64,000 bases of DNA from Caldilineaceae bacterium (GCA_965221145.1 OZ244877.1:2002743-2066742), one strand, 5' to 3'; positions 8,819-18,744 are shown, counted from the stretch's first letter. Numbers and translations are program-made. The notes: generated by a model not told the origin, from the sequence alone.

Positions 8819-9988
8819 TCAGGCCGCCTCTCCGCTTTTGACGGCGCCCGCAGCCCAGGACGCCAGGTCGTCCAGGCAGAGACGAGCCGCGTTGGGGATG
8901 TCGCAGTCAGCGACCGACATGACCTGCCGGGCTGCATGCACGCCATAGGCGCTGTCGAGTTGGGTCAGGTATGCGGCCAGGGCCGCGGCCGCGTCGGCGG
9001 TCTGCGCGGTGGCCGGGCTGCGGAAAGCGTTGGCCAGGCTGCGCGGTTGCCGCGCCCCGATCTCGATCAGCATCAGATCGGCATAGGCGTAGGGCGCGGT
9101 GGAGCCGAGCTTTGCGCCGGGCGATACGGTGGCGATCAGATGGATGAGATGTTCGACGACCTGTGCGCCCAATGACCGGTCGGCGCCCTGCCACGCTTCG
9201 GCCTTGCACCCCTGCAAGTTCGAGATCAGGCCGGGCACGTCGATGACCACATAACCGTAGAAGAGGCCCGCGGTCAACTCGGTGTCGCCGATATGGGCCG
9301 CGCCGGCATCTTCATCGTCGCGTTGCAAATCGTCGACGACCGAGAAATAGTCGCTTTCGCTTTCTTCGGGATGGACGGTGAAGGCATGGGCCACATGGAC
9401 GGCGGCGTCGATGTTCGCGGCCGGGTCGGACGTGACCATGCGGCCAAAGAGCGCGCTTTCCAGCCCACCGGGGAGGGCGGCCTCCTGGCGGAACGCCTTA
9501 AAGTTGCCGCGTTCCACTTTGCCAAACAGATCTTTCGCGCTCTGCCCGGCACCCTTGGCATCGTGCATGTGTGCGCGGCAGATGGCGTCGGCCTTGTCCC
9601 GCAGGTACGCTACTTCGGGCAGACCGAGCAGCAGCGGCTGACGGCCGCTTTCACTCGTGCCGCTGCTGCCGTACACGCCGACGTTGAATGCCTCTTCCAC
9701 CGCGGACAGAACCTCTTCGTCGATCCCGTCGCCCTCCCGCAGCGGCTGGATCACCTCGCGGTCAATGACATTGCGCGAGCGGATCGCTTTGGCCGCATTG
9801 GGAATATTGTGGATGGCGTAATCGTCGTCAGCCACGCGCCAGTGCCGCTTGAGGCATTGGGATGATATACGGGTGCGCACCGCGCCGCCGAACGGCATGC
9901 GCTTGGCCAGCCCGCTGTCATCGCGGTTGAGCAGCGCGGCCGGGTAGGAATGGAGCGTGTGAATCTGCAAAAATCGTGAAACGGACAT
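8819..9988 (-). CDS. cas7e: Cascade backbone subunit Cas7e (CasC/Cse4)
   Basis: MSVSRFLQIHTLHSYPAALLNRDDSGLAKRMPFGG matches the conserved Cas7e N-terminus. ATG 9988 has an AAGGA RBS. An alternative start at 10030 (ATGA overlap with the cse2 stop) cannot be excluded. Confidence 0.85.
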   Translation of the reverse strand: MSVSRFLQIHTLHSYPAALLNRDDSGLAKRMPFGGAVRTRISSQCLKRHWRVADDDYAIHNIPNAAKAIRSRNVIDREVIQPLREGDGIDEEVLSAVEEAFNVGVYGSSGTSESGRQPLLLGLPEVAYLRDKADAICRAHMHDAKGAGQSAKDLFGKVERGNFKAFRQEAALPGGLESALFGRMVTSDPAANIDAAVHVAHAFTVHPEESESDYFSVVDDLQRDDEDAGAAHIGDTELTAGLFYGYVVIDVPGLISNLQGCKAEAWQGADRSLGAQVVEHLIHLIATVSPGAKLGSTAPYAYADLMLIEIGARQPRSLANAFRSPATAQTADAAAALAAYLTQLDSAYGVHAARQVMSVADCDIPNAARLCLDDLASWAAGAVKSGEAA

Positions 9989-10026
9989 GATGGTCGATCC
10001 TTTCATTGGTGTATGTTCAGACGGTT

Positions 10027-10629
10027 TCATTCTGAAGGAGTGATTTGCCGCTCGGCTCGGTAGTACTCGCGGGCGATGCGGCGACGCGCCTGTTCCGCGG
10101 CCTCTTGGTTGTAGCCTTCGTTGAGGATAAACGAGGCCATTTCGCGCCAGTTGAATGGCTGGCCCGCGGCGGCCATCATGCGGAAGAGCCGGGCCAGCAA
10201 CGTGCGCAGGATCGGCCCGCGCGCGGTCAACAGGCGGTTGAGGCGGGATTCGCTGTAGTAGGCGCTGCTCCGCTGGCTTTCCCCGCCGGAAAAGAGCGCG
10301 CGACCGACCGGCATCATCCCGTCATGCGCTGTACGGCCAACTCCATCGCCGGAGGCGGTAGGTGTCATCAGCGCGATGCCATGCAGGATCAGCGCCCACT
10401 TGTTCTCAACTTGCGCGCTGCCCAGCAGCTCATACCTGGCCAGCAGCCGCCAGACGGCCGCGGCATCCGGCGCGTCCGGGTCCATGCGCCGCAGTTCGGC
10501 CAGGTCGCCGCGCGGAAAGTCGCCGCTGGCCAGTGCGCGGGCCAAAGTCACGGCAATATCTCCCCAACTGGCGGGCCGGCCTTCGTGCGCGGGCGGGCTG
10601 GCCGTGTCAACAGTCTGTGTGCTATTCAT
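10027..10629 (-). CDS. cse2: Cascade small subunit Cse2 (Cas11/CasB)
   Basis: 200-aa helical, Arg-rich ORF in the canonical slot between cas8e and cas7. 4-nt overlaps at both ends. Confidence 0.75.
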   Translation of the reverse strand: MNSTQTVDTASPPAHEGRPASWGDIAVTLARALASGDFPRGDLAELRRMDPDAPDAAAVWRLLARYELLGSAQVENKWALILHGIALMTPTASGDGVGRTAHDGMMPVGRALFSGGESQRSSAYYSESRLNRLLTARGPILRTLLARLFRMMAAAGQPFNWREMASFILNEGYNQEAAEQARRRIAREYYRAERQITPSE

Positions 10630-12212
10630 TCCTCATCTCCCTCCTCTGCGTTGTCAAATAGGGACGGCAATCCTTGCGGCCCTCGGATTCTTGCCTCGAA
10701 CAGGCTCTCGGCGTTGGCGCGGGCGCGGTAGCGGTGGATGGCTGGGCAAGGCAGCGCCTCTTCCGCCTCGCGCAGGATTCTGCGCGCCCGGTTCACGACA
10801 CCGCTTTCGTCATCCAGCAGCCACGCATGACGGATCCGGCTGCGCTCGTCGTTGCTATCGCTCTCAAACTCAGCCTGCAGATCCTCGAAGAAGCGGGCGT
10901 CAACGAATTCGTCGAGCCTGTTGAGCCACGGGCGGGCCAGATTGCGGTGTTCGGCGCTCAAATTCTTGCTGTCCCCCCGCGCCGCGAAGACCTGAATCGC
11001 GTGACTGAGAATGCGCTGGACTGTGCCGATGTTTTCGATGCGAGATTGGGCGATGCTGCCAAGCTCGTTCATGCTCTCGCGCCGCATCAGCGCCCGTTTG
11101 GCTTTATGGCTGATCGGAATGATACGTTCGTAGTAGCCTTCAGTCTTGCCCTGTCCCCGCACCAACGCACGCGCAAGCAGTAACGTTGGCGCCGATGCGT
11201 CCCGCTCCGAGCGGGTCGGTTGCAAGAGCGCAGGCTGCCCCCAATTCGCTGAGGTGAGATATTCGGTCACCCGTCGGTAGGTAAACCCTCCCCTGGCAAG
11301 CGTCAGCGCTTTGCTCTCCTTGCGGTTGATCGGCATCCAAGGGTCGCCCGTTATGCCGTTCAGACTCTTCGCTTCGATGCGCGCCGCCTTGGAGCTTGTT
11401 CTGAGGCTATACAAGCTCCCATCGTGGTTGACGCGCAAGCGAACCCGTCGGCAGACCTCTATATAGTACGGGTTCAGCCGGTGCGGGAGCAGCGCCTCGC
11501 TCTTTGTCCCGTCCCAGGGGAGCGTCCACAGCAGGCCGACGCCATCCTCAGTCATAGGATAATCGGCCACCAGGGAGGCATGCCTCTCGGACAGGCCGAG
11601 CATATCGCGTCGCAGATGCACGCCGGGCCTTGCCGAGGGCGTGAGCGAGAAGGCCGCCCGGCTGCCCAACCCGCCGTTCATCCTTGAGATGCCGTAATTG
11701 CCCGCGCCGCTGAAGCCCTCCATCGTCTGCAGCGTGATCAGCGCCAAGATCCAATCGTCCGCCTCCGCCTGCGCCGCCACAGCCCACTTGATATCGTGAT
11801 TTTTCGAGAGCACCAGCATATCCAAGCCATCGGGGGTCGGCACAGAGGTCTTGTAATCCTTTAGCCTGTCGTCCGATCTGGCTGGCGGCTGCATAAAGGC
11901 CGGGCGCGTGATCTCCTCCACCATCAAGCGCCAAGGCTCGTCCTCCGCGAAATCCGGCGTCAGGCCCCGGAGCAGCAGCAGCCACTGTCCAGCTTCTTCC
12001 GGCGGCTCATTTAGGCCCCCCTTGCGCAGCGCCATTACGCCCAGTTGCACAAGGAAAGCGTGCCAGGCGTGGCGTTGATGGGGCCTGAGCGCGGGGAAGG
12101 CCAGCGCCTGATCCTGCATCAGCAGCGCATACGTCTCCGGCAGCGTGGCCCTGAGGGCGGGGGTTGAGTCGGTGTCGACTCTGATGACTCTCTCCGTCAA
12201 CAAATTGTGCAT
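10626..12212 (-). CDS. cas8e: Cascade large subunit Cas8e (Cse1/CasA)
   Basis: 528 aa, MHNLLTERVIRVDTDS... (Cse1-like N-terminus). In the canonical slot downstream of cas3. Confidence 0.8.
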   Translation of the reverse strand: MHNLLTERVIRVDTDSTPALRATLPETYALLMQDQALAFPALRPHQRHAWHAFLVQLGVMALRKGGLNEPPEEAGQWLLLLRGLTPDFAEDEPWRLMVEEITRPAFMQPPARSDDRLKDYKTSVPTPDGLDMLVLSKNHDIKWAVAAQAEADDWILALITLQTMEGFSGAGNYGISRMNGGLGSRAAFSLTPSARPGVHLRRDMLGLSERHASLVADYPMTEDGVGLLWTLPWDGTKSEALLPHRLNPYYIEVCRRVRLRVNHDGSLYSLRTSSKAARIEAKSLNGITGDPWMPINRKESKALTLARGGFTYRRVTEYLTSANWGQPALLQPTRSERDASAPTLLLARALVRGQGKTEGYYERIIPISHKAKRALMRRESMNELGSIAQSRIENIGTVQRILSHAIQVFAARGDSKNLSAEHRNLARPWLNRLDEFVDARFFEDLQAEFESDSNDERSRIRHAWLLDDESGVVNRARRILREAEEALPCPAIHRYRARANAESLFEARIRGPQGLPSLFDNAEEGDEE

Positions 12213-12297
12213 CGGGCGATTCTCTCCTCATCTGGTAGGAAGGGTGTTTTGATAAAGGTGGGGCGATAGGAGCAACGATTTGTGGAGTGCCTTGCCG

Positions 12298-14979
12298 TTA
12301 GAGCCGCCGCAACCCCAGCCGATCATAGCGGAAGCGCCTCTCGCCAATCGTGAACTCGAATCCACCGTCCCCCGCTATCCAGGGGACCGGCTGCTCCCCC
12401 GTCAATCCACGGGCCATGTGGCCGGGGATCACGATCTTCGCAATGGTGCAGTCGGCGGCAAAGGGGCTGGGGGCCGCCGGTTCCAACGTGATTTCAACGC
12501 CCTCATCGCCCAGCCTGGTGCGAATCTTCGCCTCCACATCGGGGAAGACGACTTTGTCGTTTTCCTCATAGAAGGAACAGTCGCGGCGCACGAGCACCTG
12601 TCGGGCGCTCAGACCGTCAGCGATGAGAGCGCCCTCTATCTCGATGGCATGGTCGCGCCAGTCCTCCCCCATCTCCTCCGTGATCGCGTCCAGCGCTTCG
12701 GGGTGGGTGCTGCGCTCTACCAACTCCCGGTTCATATGTGGAATGGTCCAGGGTGTGCCGTTGGCGGCGTGTTCAGCGATCAATCGCCTGCTGGCCTCCA
12801 GGATGCGCAGATCTTCGTAAACGAAGCCATTCGGCCCCAGGCCGTTTGTTTCCTGTCTGCGCGTCAGCCAAGGGGAGAGGTCGGCATCTGCGGGAGTCAG
12901 AACGAGGCAGGTTGGGCTGCGATAGAGTTCGGGGCGGTCGGCGCGTTGATGCCGGTGGAGCCTGCCAATCCGTTGCAGCAACACATCCATCGGGCACAGA
13001 TCGCAGATCAACAGGTCGGCGTCTATGTCCAGAGACTGCTCCAACGTCTGCGTGCCGACGATGACAAGCCCGCCCGGTCCACGGTTCTTGCCGATCTGCT
13101 CCTCCACGGCCGTGTCCAGGCGCCCGCGGTCCGCGGGGGCGAACCGGCCGTGATGCAGCGTCAGTACACCATTGACCCCGAATAACAACTGCTGTTCATC
13201 GGGCCCGGCCCGCTCCTCCAACGCCTGCTGGGTTCGAACTGCAAAGCCAACCGTATTGCGAACAATCAAGACCTTTGCGCCCGCCCGCGCCGCCTGCAAG
13301 CCACGGTCTGCCAGCGCGGCAAACTCCTCCATCACCGGCAACGTCTCAACCTGAAGCCTCTTGCTTCGGCCACTCTCCCCCACCGCAACCACCTTCTCCC
13401 GCCCCGCGCCGCGCGTGGTGATGGCCGGGTAGCTGGCCTCCCGCGCCTCCTTCAGCGAGATGCCGTCCCCGGCGGCAAGACGGCCCGGCGCAGACAGGCG
13501 CTGGCGCGCAACCGAGCCGAGCGTGGCCGACATCAGGCAGGCATAGCCGCCCGCGCCAAGATGGGCGTCGAGCAGCTGTTCAAGGATTACCCGCATATAC
13601 GGGTCTGAAGCATGCACCTCGTCCACAACCAGCAGATTGCGGGCCAGGCAGGCGGCGCGCATATGGGCGTGCCGCACCGTCAGAGCCGCCATCATCGCCT
13701 GGTCGACCGTCCCCACCGCAATCTGCGCCGCCAAGTAGCGCTTGGCGCTTTCAGCCGCCCACCGACGCCTGATCACCGGATCGGCGGCGCTGTGCTGGTC
13801 TTCCCACCAGACCTCGTAATGCGGCAGGCGCTTGCCCGCCGCCGCGCCGGCCCGCAGATAGCCCGGAACCGCAAGCACAGGTTCAGGTGTGTAGCCCTCC
13901 GGAAACATGGCGTCAATACATCTGGTGACACGGCTGTGTATCTGCGTAGCGGCGGATCGGGTGGGCAGGGCGAAGTAAAGGCCGTCTACCAGCCCCGCTT
14001 CGTACATACGGGCAAAGCGCCACAGAGCCGCCTCGGTCTTGCCGGAGCCGGTTTCCGACTCGATGATGACCAAGGATTCGTCCAGCGGGAGATCGGCAAC
14101 CGCCCGTTGCATGGCGTTGGGCTGGCCGTCGATATCGAACAGCGCGGCGAAGCAGGGCAACTCCGGCAAAGCGTCCCGCTGCCCCGCAAGCTCCAAACCG
14201 ATATCAGAAACCGCCTTGCGGGCGCGTTCTCGCGCCGAATCCATGTAATCGTCTCGGACCCGGTCGCAGAATTCGAAGAACTGTTCATCAGAGCCGAGCC
14301 AGTCCGCCAGCATGCACAGGCCCAGGAACATATGCTGGAAAGCGGGCGCAGACGGCAGGGGCGCTCCTGTGGGTATGTAGGCGGCCGGGAACCAGTCACG
14401 CACGAGTCGCACGATGCGCTTGACACATTGGCGCGGATTGAGGTCGCCGAACGGTCGCCAAGCGGCGGGGTTGGGAGCAAGATTGGCAGACAGATTCAAC
14501 GGCGTGCCATGATGTGAGAAGGCTGCGATCAACAGGCCGCTTGCCGTTGCCCCGTCATCGTTATCCCATTCCATAAAATCAGGCACACCCAGGGTGTCAA
14601 GAAACCAATCCGCCGTCTCTTCGTCTTTGTACTCCAGCACAGGCACGAGGTCCGAGACATGTCCCATACGCGGCGGCTTCTTGCGCCGCGGCGCAAGATC
14701 TTCTTTGCGCCAGATACGGGCCTGAAAACCGATATTCACCTTGCCGATGTCGTGCAGGGCGGCGAAGACACACAGCCGTGCAACCGTTATCTCGTCCAGG
14801 TCATCTCTGTCACCCGCGCGCGCCAACCGCTTGCGGACTGTCGGTTGCTTCAGCAGGGCCTCGAAGCAGGCTGCTACATCGGCAAGGTGGTGTTCCAGAA
14901 GGTGTATTCGCTGATGATCCGATCTGTTTGATTTCGCCCAATGATGTTGGATGTAGATGGGTAGACTTTTGTCTTCCAT
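12298..14979 (-). CDS. cas3: Cas3 HD-nuclease/helicase
   Basis: 893 aa. HD domain (LLEHHLADVAACFEAL, AALHDIGK), helicase Walker A ESETGSGKTEAAL, and DEAH-like VVDEVHASD. ATG 14979 with an AAGGA RBS. Confidence 0.92.
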   Translation of the reverse strand: MEDKSLPIYIQHHWAKSNRSDHQRIHLLEHHLADVAACFEALLKQPTVRKRLARAGDRDDLDEITVARLCVFAALHDIGKVNIGFQARIWRKEDLAPRRKKPPRMGHVSDLVPVLEYKDEETADWFLDTLGVPDFMEWDNDDGATASGLLIAAFSHHGTPLNLSANLAPNPAAWRPFGDLNPRQCVKRIVRLVRDWFPAAYIPTGAPLPSAPAFQHMFLGLCMLADWLGSDEQFFEFCDRVRDDYMDSARERARKAVSDIGLELAGQRDALPELPCFAALFDIDGQPNAMQRAVADLPLDESLVIIESETGSGKTEAALWRFARMYEAGLVDGLYFALPTRSAATQIHSRVTRCIDAMFPEGYTPEPVLAVPGYLRAGAAAGKRLPHYEVWWEDQHSAADPVIRRRWAAESAKRYLAAQIAVGTVDQAMMAALTVRHAHMRAACLARNLLVVDEVHASDPYMRVILEQLLDAHLGAGGYACLMSATLGSVARQRLSAPGRLAAGDGISLKEAREASYPAITTRGAGREKVVAVGESGRSKRLQVETLPVMEEFAALADRGLQAARAGAKVLIVRNTVGFAVRTQQALEERAGPDEQQLLFGVNGVLTLHHGRFAPADRGRLDTAVEEQIGKNRGPGGLVIVGTQTLEQSLDIDADLLICDLCPMDVLLQRIGRLHRHQRADRPELYRSPTCLVLTPADADLSPWLTRRQETNGLGPNGFVYEDLRILEASRRLIAEHAANGTPWTIPHMNRELVERSTHPEALDAITEEMGEDWRDHAIEIEGALIADGLSARQVLVRRDCSFYEENDKVVFPDVEAKIRTRLGDEGVEITLEPAAPSPFAADCTIAKIVIPGHMARGLTGEQPVPWIAGDGGFEFTIGERRFRYDRLGLRRL

Positions 14980-15044
14980 CGTTTATTCCTTCTCCGGTCA
15001 TGTCAAACGAATAGGGTTGCAAGTGGATAAGAACTACGGCAATC

Positions 15045-15076
15045 ATATACATATATACTTATGACTATATGTATAT
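15045..15076. promoter_or_regulatory. AT-rich perfect inverted repeat upstream of cas3 (candidate operator/promoter region)
   Basis: ATATACATATA (15045-15055) and TATATGTATAT (15066-15076), 10-bp spacer. They lie in the only strongly AT-rich stretch between the ATPase stop (15180) and the cas3 ATG (14979). Confidence 0.3.
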
Positions 15077-15179
15077 ATACTGCAATACAATTATTAACAT
15101 CTCCGTGAGAGCGGAAAGGACGGCACGGCCGTTGCTCGGCATTGCGCCTGTCTCTCTCCAGTGCCCGTCAATGACACAC

Positions 15180-16502
15180 TCAGGACATTTCCCAGAGCAG
15201 GCGCAGCGGCACCGCGTAGAGGCCGCCGTCGAAGCGGACGCTCGTTTCGCCATCGTAGAACACCACCCCGCCAACGAAGCGATTGCCTGTGGCAGCCTTG
15301 AGTTTACGCAGGGCGCGGAAATCGGCAGCTGTCACGGTTGCGCCGGCCTTGACCTCTACGCCCGCCAGAGCCTGTGTCCCCCGCTCGATGACGATGTCCA
15401 CTTCGGCGCCGTCCCTGTCGCGGAAGTGGAAAAAGGAGACGGGGTCGGCGTGCCAGCTGGCCTGACGCCGCAGCTCCTGGTAGACGAAGGTTTCCAGCAG
15501 CTGCCCCAGCAAGGTCCGGTCGGCGGCGAGACTGGTTGCGTCTATGCCGAGCAGAGCACAGGCCAGTCCGGTGTCGCCCAGATGGAGCTTGGGTGTTTTG
15601 ATGAGGCGCTTGAGACGATTGCTGTGCCAGGGCGGAAGCTGCTCAAGCAGGAAGACCCGCTCAAGCAAGGTGACGTAATCCCGGATCGTGGGACGGCTGA
15701 CCTGGAACGGCGCGGCAAGCTCGGAGAGGTTGAAGAGCGTAGCCGTCTGCACCGCCGCGTGCGTCAACAGCCGCGGCAGCAGATCGAGGGAGCGGATGCG
15801 GGCGATCTCCGGCACGTCCCTCTGCACCTGCGCATCGAGATAGTTTTGATACCAGTTGGCGCGTCGGCGACCGGCGGGCCGCGCCAGTGCCGCCGGATAC
15901 CCGCCCGCTACGATGCGGTCGATAAGCTCTTTACCCAGGCGCTGCGTGCGGCGGTTCTTGAACCCGCGGCCGAAAAGGACGTCAAGAAAGCCCGCGGGCC
16001 GCCCCACGGTGCCGGGCAGGGCCGAGCTGTTTTGAAGTTCACACTGCGCCAGCGGATGCAGCCTGATCGTTTCCATACGCCCAGCCAGGGAGTCTGATAG
16101 CGCCGGAGTGTGCAGCACGTTACTCGAGCCGGTCAGCAGGAAGCGCCCGGGCCGGCGGCGGCGGTCCACCTCCATCTTCAAAGCGGCAAAGAGCGCGGGC
16201 ACGCGTTGCACTTCGTCGAGGATAACCCGCTCAGGCAGGTCAGCGACGAAGCCGATTGGATCGGCCGCGGCGCCCGCGCGGAAGACCGCATCGTCGAATG
16301 TGAAGTAGGTGTAGTCCCTGGGAATGCCAGACGAAATGTTTGGCGAGAGGTCTGCCCCGGCCCAGCGCTCTGGGGTGTAGACCTGGGCAAGGGTGGTCTT
16401 GCCGCACTGCCGGGGACCCTGGATCAGGACGACCGGCGAGTCCTCAAGCGCCTCGGTTAATCGCTGTTCGATGAAACGGGGGTAAAGGATGTCCTCAGCC
16501 AT
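15180..16502 (-). CDS. AAA+ ATPase with DUF4143-like C-terminal region
   Basis: Start chosen at MAEDILYPRFIEQRLTEAL (ATG 16502). Walker A QGPRQCGKTTLA and Walker B VILDEVQRVP. The architecture is typical of the AAA_14/DUF4143 family. Confidence 0.8.
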   Translation of the reverse strand: MAEDILYPRFIEQRLTEALEDSPVVLIQGPRQCGKTTLAQVYTPERWAGADLSPNISSGIPRDYTYFTFDDAVFRAGAAADPIGFVADLPERVILDEVQRVPALFAALKMEVDRRRRPGRFLLTGSSNVLHTPALSDSLAGRMETIRLHPLAQCELQNSSALPGTVGRPAGFLDVLFGRGFKNRRTQRLGKELIDRIVAGGYPAALARPAGRRRANWYQNYLDAQVQRDVPEIARIRSLDLLPRLLTHAAVQTATLFNLSELAAPFQVSRPTIRDYVTLLERVFLLEQLPPWHSNRLKRLIKTPKLHLGDTGLACALLGIDATSLAADRTLLGQLLETFVYQELRRQASWHADPVSFFHFRDRDGAEVDIVIERGTQALAGVEVKAGATVTAADFRALRKLKAATGNRFVGGVVFYDGETSVRFDGGLYAVPLRLLWEMS

Positions 16503-16671
16503 CGGCTGATTGTAACCTTTTGCTTCGGCTGATTGCAACTTTACCCTACGGCTGATCGAGAGATTTCTCCCTCGATGCTGCTCTTTTGAGATCTTTGAGT
16601 GGCCTCTGGCAGCACTTCCTCGATCCGATGCTGCCTGTATCCAGTGTTTCTCGGACCCAGAAGCATATATA

Positions 16672-16746
16672 GTGGGTCCCAATGTTTGGACCACGGAATG
16701 GGAGAAATAAGGTGCATCCAGACGGATGCGGCCGGCTCTGATCAGA
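16672..16746 (-). mobile_element. IS terminal segment adjoining the transposase 3' end
   Basis: Paralogue of 1222-1296 (67/75 identical). Overlaps the stop region of the rve-domain reading frame. Confidence 0.55.
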
Positions 16747-17170
16747 GCACGAAGTGCTCTTCAGCTGGAGTCCGATAGTTGAGACTTTGATGCGGTCTCT
16801 CATGGTTGTAGAAGTCGAAGTAGTCGCGTAAGCCAGCTTGCAATTGGCGCACCGAGTCATAATGGTTGAGATAGATGTTCTCATACTTGACGCTGCGCCA
16901 TAGGCGTTCGCAGAAGACGTTGTGCGCGGCCACGGCCGTCCATGCTGACCTGAACGTTGGCTGCGAGCAGGCAGGCGGTGAAGGCATCGGCCGTGATTGG
17001 AAAGCTGCCAAGCGAGCACATAGCGGCTGTGCCAGTCGATGACAGCGACCAGATACATGAAGCCACGAAGCATCGAACGCTGGAGATAGGCACGACATGG
17101 TACGGCGCCGCGTGGCAGCGGACCGGCACACCGTCTATTTCAGCGTCATCGACAGCGAGTGGCCCGCCGT
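16742..17170 (-). pseudogene. IS3-family transposase (rve/integrase core), N-terminally truncated and frameshifted
   Basis: DDE-core motifs are spread over three frames: YLVAVIDWHSRYVLAWQLSN, then NVQVSMDGRGRA, then CERLWRSVKYENIYLNHYDSVRQLQAGLRDYFDFYNHERPHQSLNYRTP. No upstream OrfA/HTH part is present. Confidence 0.75.
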
Positions 17171-17245
17171 AAAGAAGCGGCTGCAAGGATTGATGCAAAG
17201 GTGATCCCTTTCGCCCCGCAGCCGCGTTACCCGTTCACCTGCGCT

Positions 17246-17428
17246 TCAATGAAGATCATCCCCCGTGCCGTGATGACAGCACGCCAGGCAGGTTACCCAG
17301 TCCACATGCGCGCCGGCCAGCATCTGCGCCCGCGCCCCGGCGTCGAACTCCTCGCCGCAGATGCTAATGAGCTGCTCGCTCGTGTGGAGGTCGAGATGAA
17401 TCTGGCGGTAGCGGAGTAAGTCGTCCAT
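17246..17428 (-). pseudogene. 5' fragment of a glycoside-hydrolase-like gene (truncated next to the IS)
   Basis: MDDLLRYRQIHLDLHTSEQLISICGEEFDAGARAQMLAGAHVDWVTCLACCHHG then stops. The same N-terminal motif recurs at 18870-19205. The family assignment (GH42-related) is from memory of the YRQFHLDFHTS...CHHG pattern. Confidence 0.45.
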
Positions 17429-17650
17429 TGTGTTCCTGTGCAAAAAGATTGACTTATTTAGCGGGGAGAAACGGCTGCCGAATCGAGTTGTAGTGTATTG
17501 CACTGTACAGTTCGAATCAATTGCCTGGCAGCGATTCGAGTCTGCGGGCTGGCGGGAGAATCCTGATGTAATGGGCAACTGCGATGCGCACTTTCAGAAG
17601 GCGGGAAAAGACACCTTGCATAGGAAACGCCCCGTCGCCTGGCGTCCAGT

Positions 17651-17700
17651 CAATCCATGAATCCTGAAAATCCTGATTCAGACAACGTCTGCCCAAATCA
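17651..17700. repeat. Isolated partial copy of the 171-bp repeat unit found at 30.7-32.0 kb
   Basis: CAATCCATGAATCCTGAAAATCCTGATTCAGACAACGTCTGCCCAAATCA compared with the unit core GAATCCACAAATCCTGAAAATCCTGATTCAGACAACGTTCGCCCAA. Confidence 0.7.
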
Positions 17701-17730
17701 TTCGCATGTACCGGATTCGAGATACAACTC

Positions 17731-17758
17731 TTGACATTTCATCTTTTCTTGGTATAAT
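17731..17758 (+). promoter_or_regulatory. Near-consensus sigma70-type promoter for the DUF3800 gene
   Basis: TTGACA (17731-17736), 16-nt spacer, TGgTATAAT (extended -10; TATAAT at 17753-17758), about 87 nt upstream of the ATG at 17845. Confidence 0.5.
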
Positions 17759-17844
17759 CGAACTGCGTCTGGGAAGAGTCGCCAAGCGTCTCCTATCGGG
17801 GCCAAAGCCCCGAACCCAGTCGCTTTTTTTTATGGAGTCCCCCA

Positions 17845-18744
17845 ATGAACCTTTGCTACATTGACGAATCAGGGACGCCTGACCTGCCGGGCAATACGTC
17901 TCATTTCGTTTTGGCAGGTCTCTCCGTCCCCGATGAGTTTTGGAAGCAGCACAACACCCAACTGGAAAAAATCAAGTTCAGATACGGACTGGGAGATGCC
18001 GAGATTCATGTCGCCTGGATGATGAGGAACTACCTTGAACAAGAGTCGATCCCTGGCTTTCAATCGATGACCCACGAGAGACGCCGGTCAGAAGTGGGCA
18101 AACGCCGCAGGGCAGAGCTTCTTCGCTTACAAAAGGAGAACCGAAAAGGATACAAGCAAACTCGGAAGAACTACAAGAAAACTGAAGCCTATGTGCATCT
18201 CACGCAGTGTGATAGGCGGCAGGCTGTGACAGACATTGCCAAGCTGATTTCAAACTGGGGCGTCGTCCGGTTGTTTGCCGAGTGTATAGACAAAGTGCAT
18301 TTTGACCCTGCGATAACAAACACCACAGTTCACGAACAAGCATTCGAGCAAGTCGTATCCCGCTTTGAGCACTTTCTCCGCAACAATCAATCAGGCTTTG
18401 GGCTTCTCATTCACGACAATAACCAGACTGTCGCCAAAAAACATACCGAACTGATGAAGTCATTCCTGCGCAAGGGGACACTCTGGACACAGATTGAGCA
18501 CATCATTGAAACGCCGATGTTCGTCGATAGCCAATTGAACAGCATGGTTCAGGTGGCTGATCTATGTGCCTACGCCATCCGCCGCTACCTCGAAAATGCA
18601 GAAGAGGATCTCTTCGACCTGATCTTCCAAAGGGCACACAGGGTAGGAGTGACCGCGGTAGGCGTTAGACATTTCACCAGCCCGGGTTGCACGTGCAAGA
18701 TTTGCGCCAACCATGTTTCTCCAACATTAGTAGAAAATCAGTAA
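17845..18744 (+). CDS. DUF3800-family protein
   Basis: 299 aa. N-terminal NLCYIDESGTPDL plus SHFVLAGLSV, and later VQVADLCAYAIRRY, are the hallmark DUF3800 motifs as I recall them. GGAG RBS. It is the only plus-strand gene in this neighbourhood. Confidence 0.7.
   Translation: MNLCYIDESGTPDLPGNTSHFVLAGLSVPDEFWKQHNTQLEKIKFRYGLGDAEIHVAWMMRNYLEQESIPGFQSMTHERRRSEVGKRRRAELLRLQKENRKGYKQTRKNYKKTEAYVHLTQCDRRQAVTDIAKLISNWGVVRLFAECIDKVHFDPAITNTTVHEQAFEQVVSRFEHFLRNNQSGFGLLIHDNNQTVAKKHTELMKSFLRKGTLWTQIEHIIETPMFVDSQLNSMVQVADLCAYAIRRYLENAEEDLFDLIFQRAHRVGVTAVGVRHFTSPGCTCKICANHVSPTLVENQ

Noticed and set aside
7268-8946. N-terminal extensions of the cas6e (to 8353) and cas5 (to 8946) track ORFs
   Set aside because: The extensions run through the upstream cas genes. 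Internal starts with an RBS and ATGA/TGAnATG coupling give proteins of normal size.
16503-16694. N-terminal extension of the ATPase ORF (MVQTLGPTI...) and the similar peptide in ORF 1077-1373
   Set aside because: The shared peptide is just the translation of the repeated 75-bp IS-end segment. The ATPase has a proper start at 16502.
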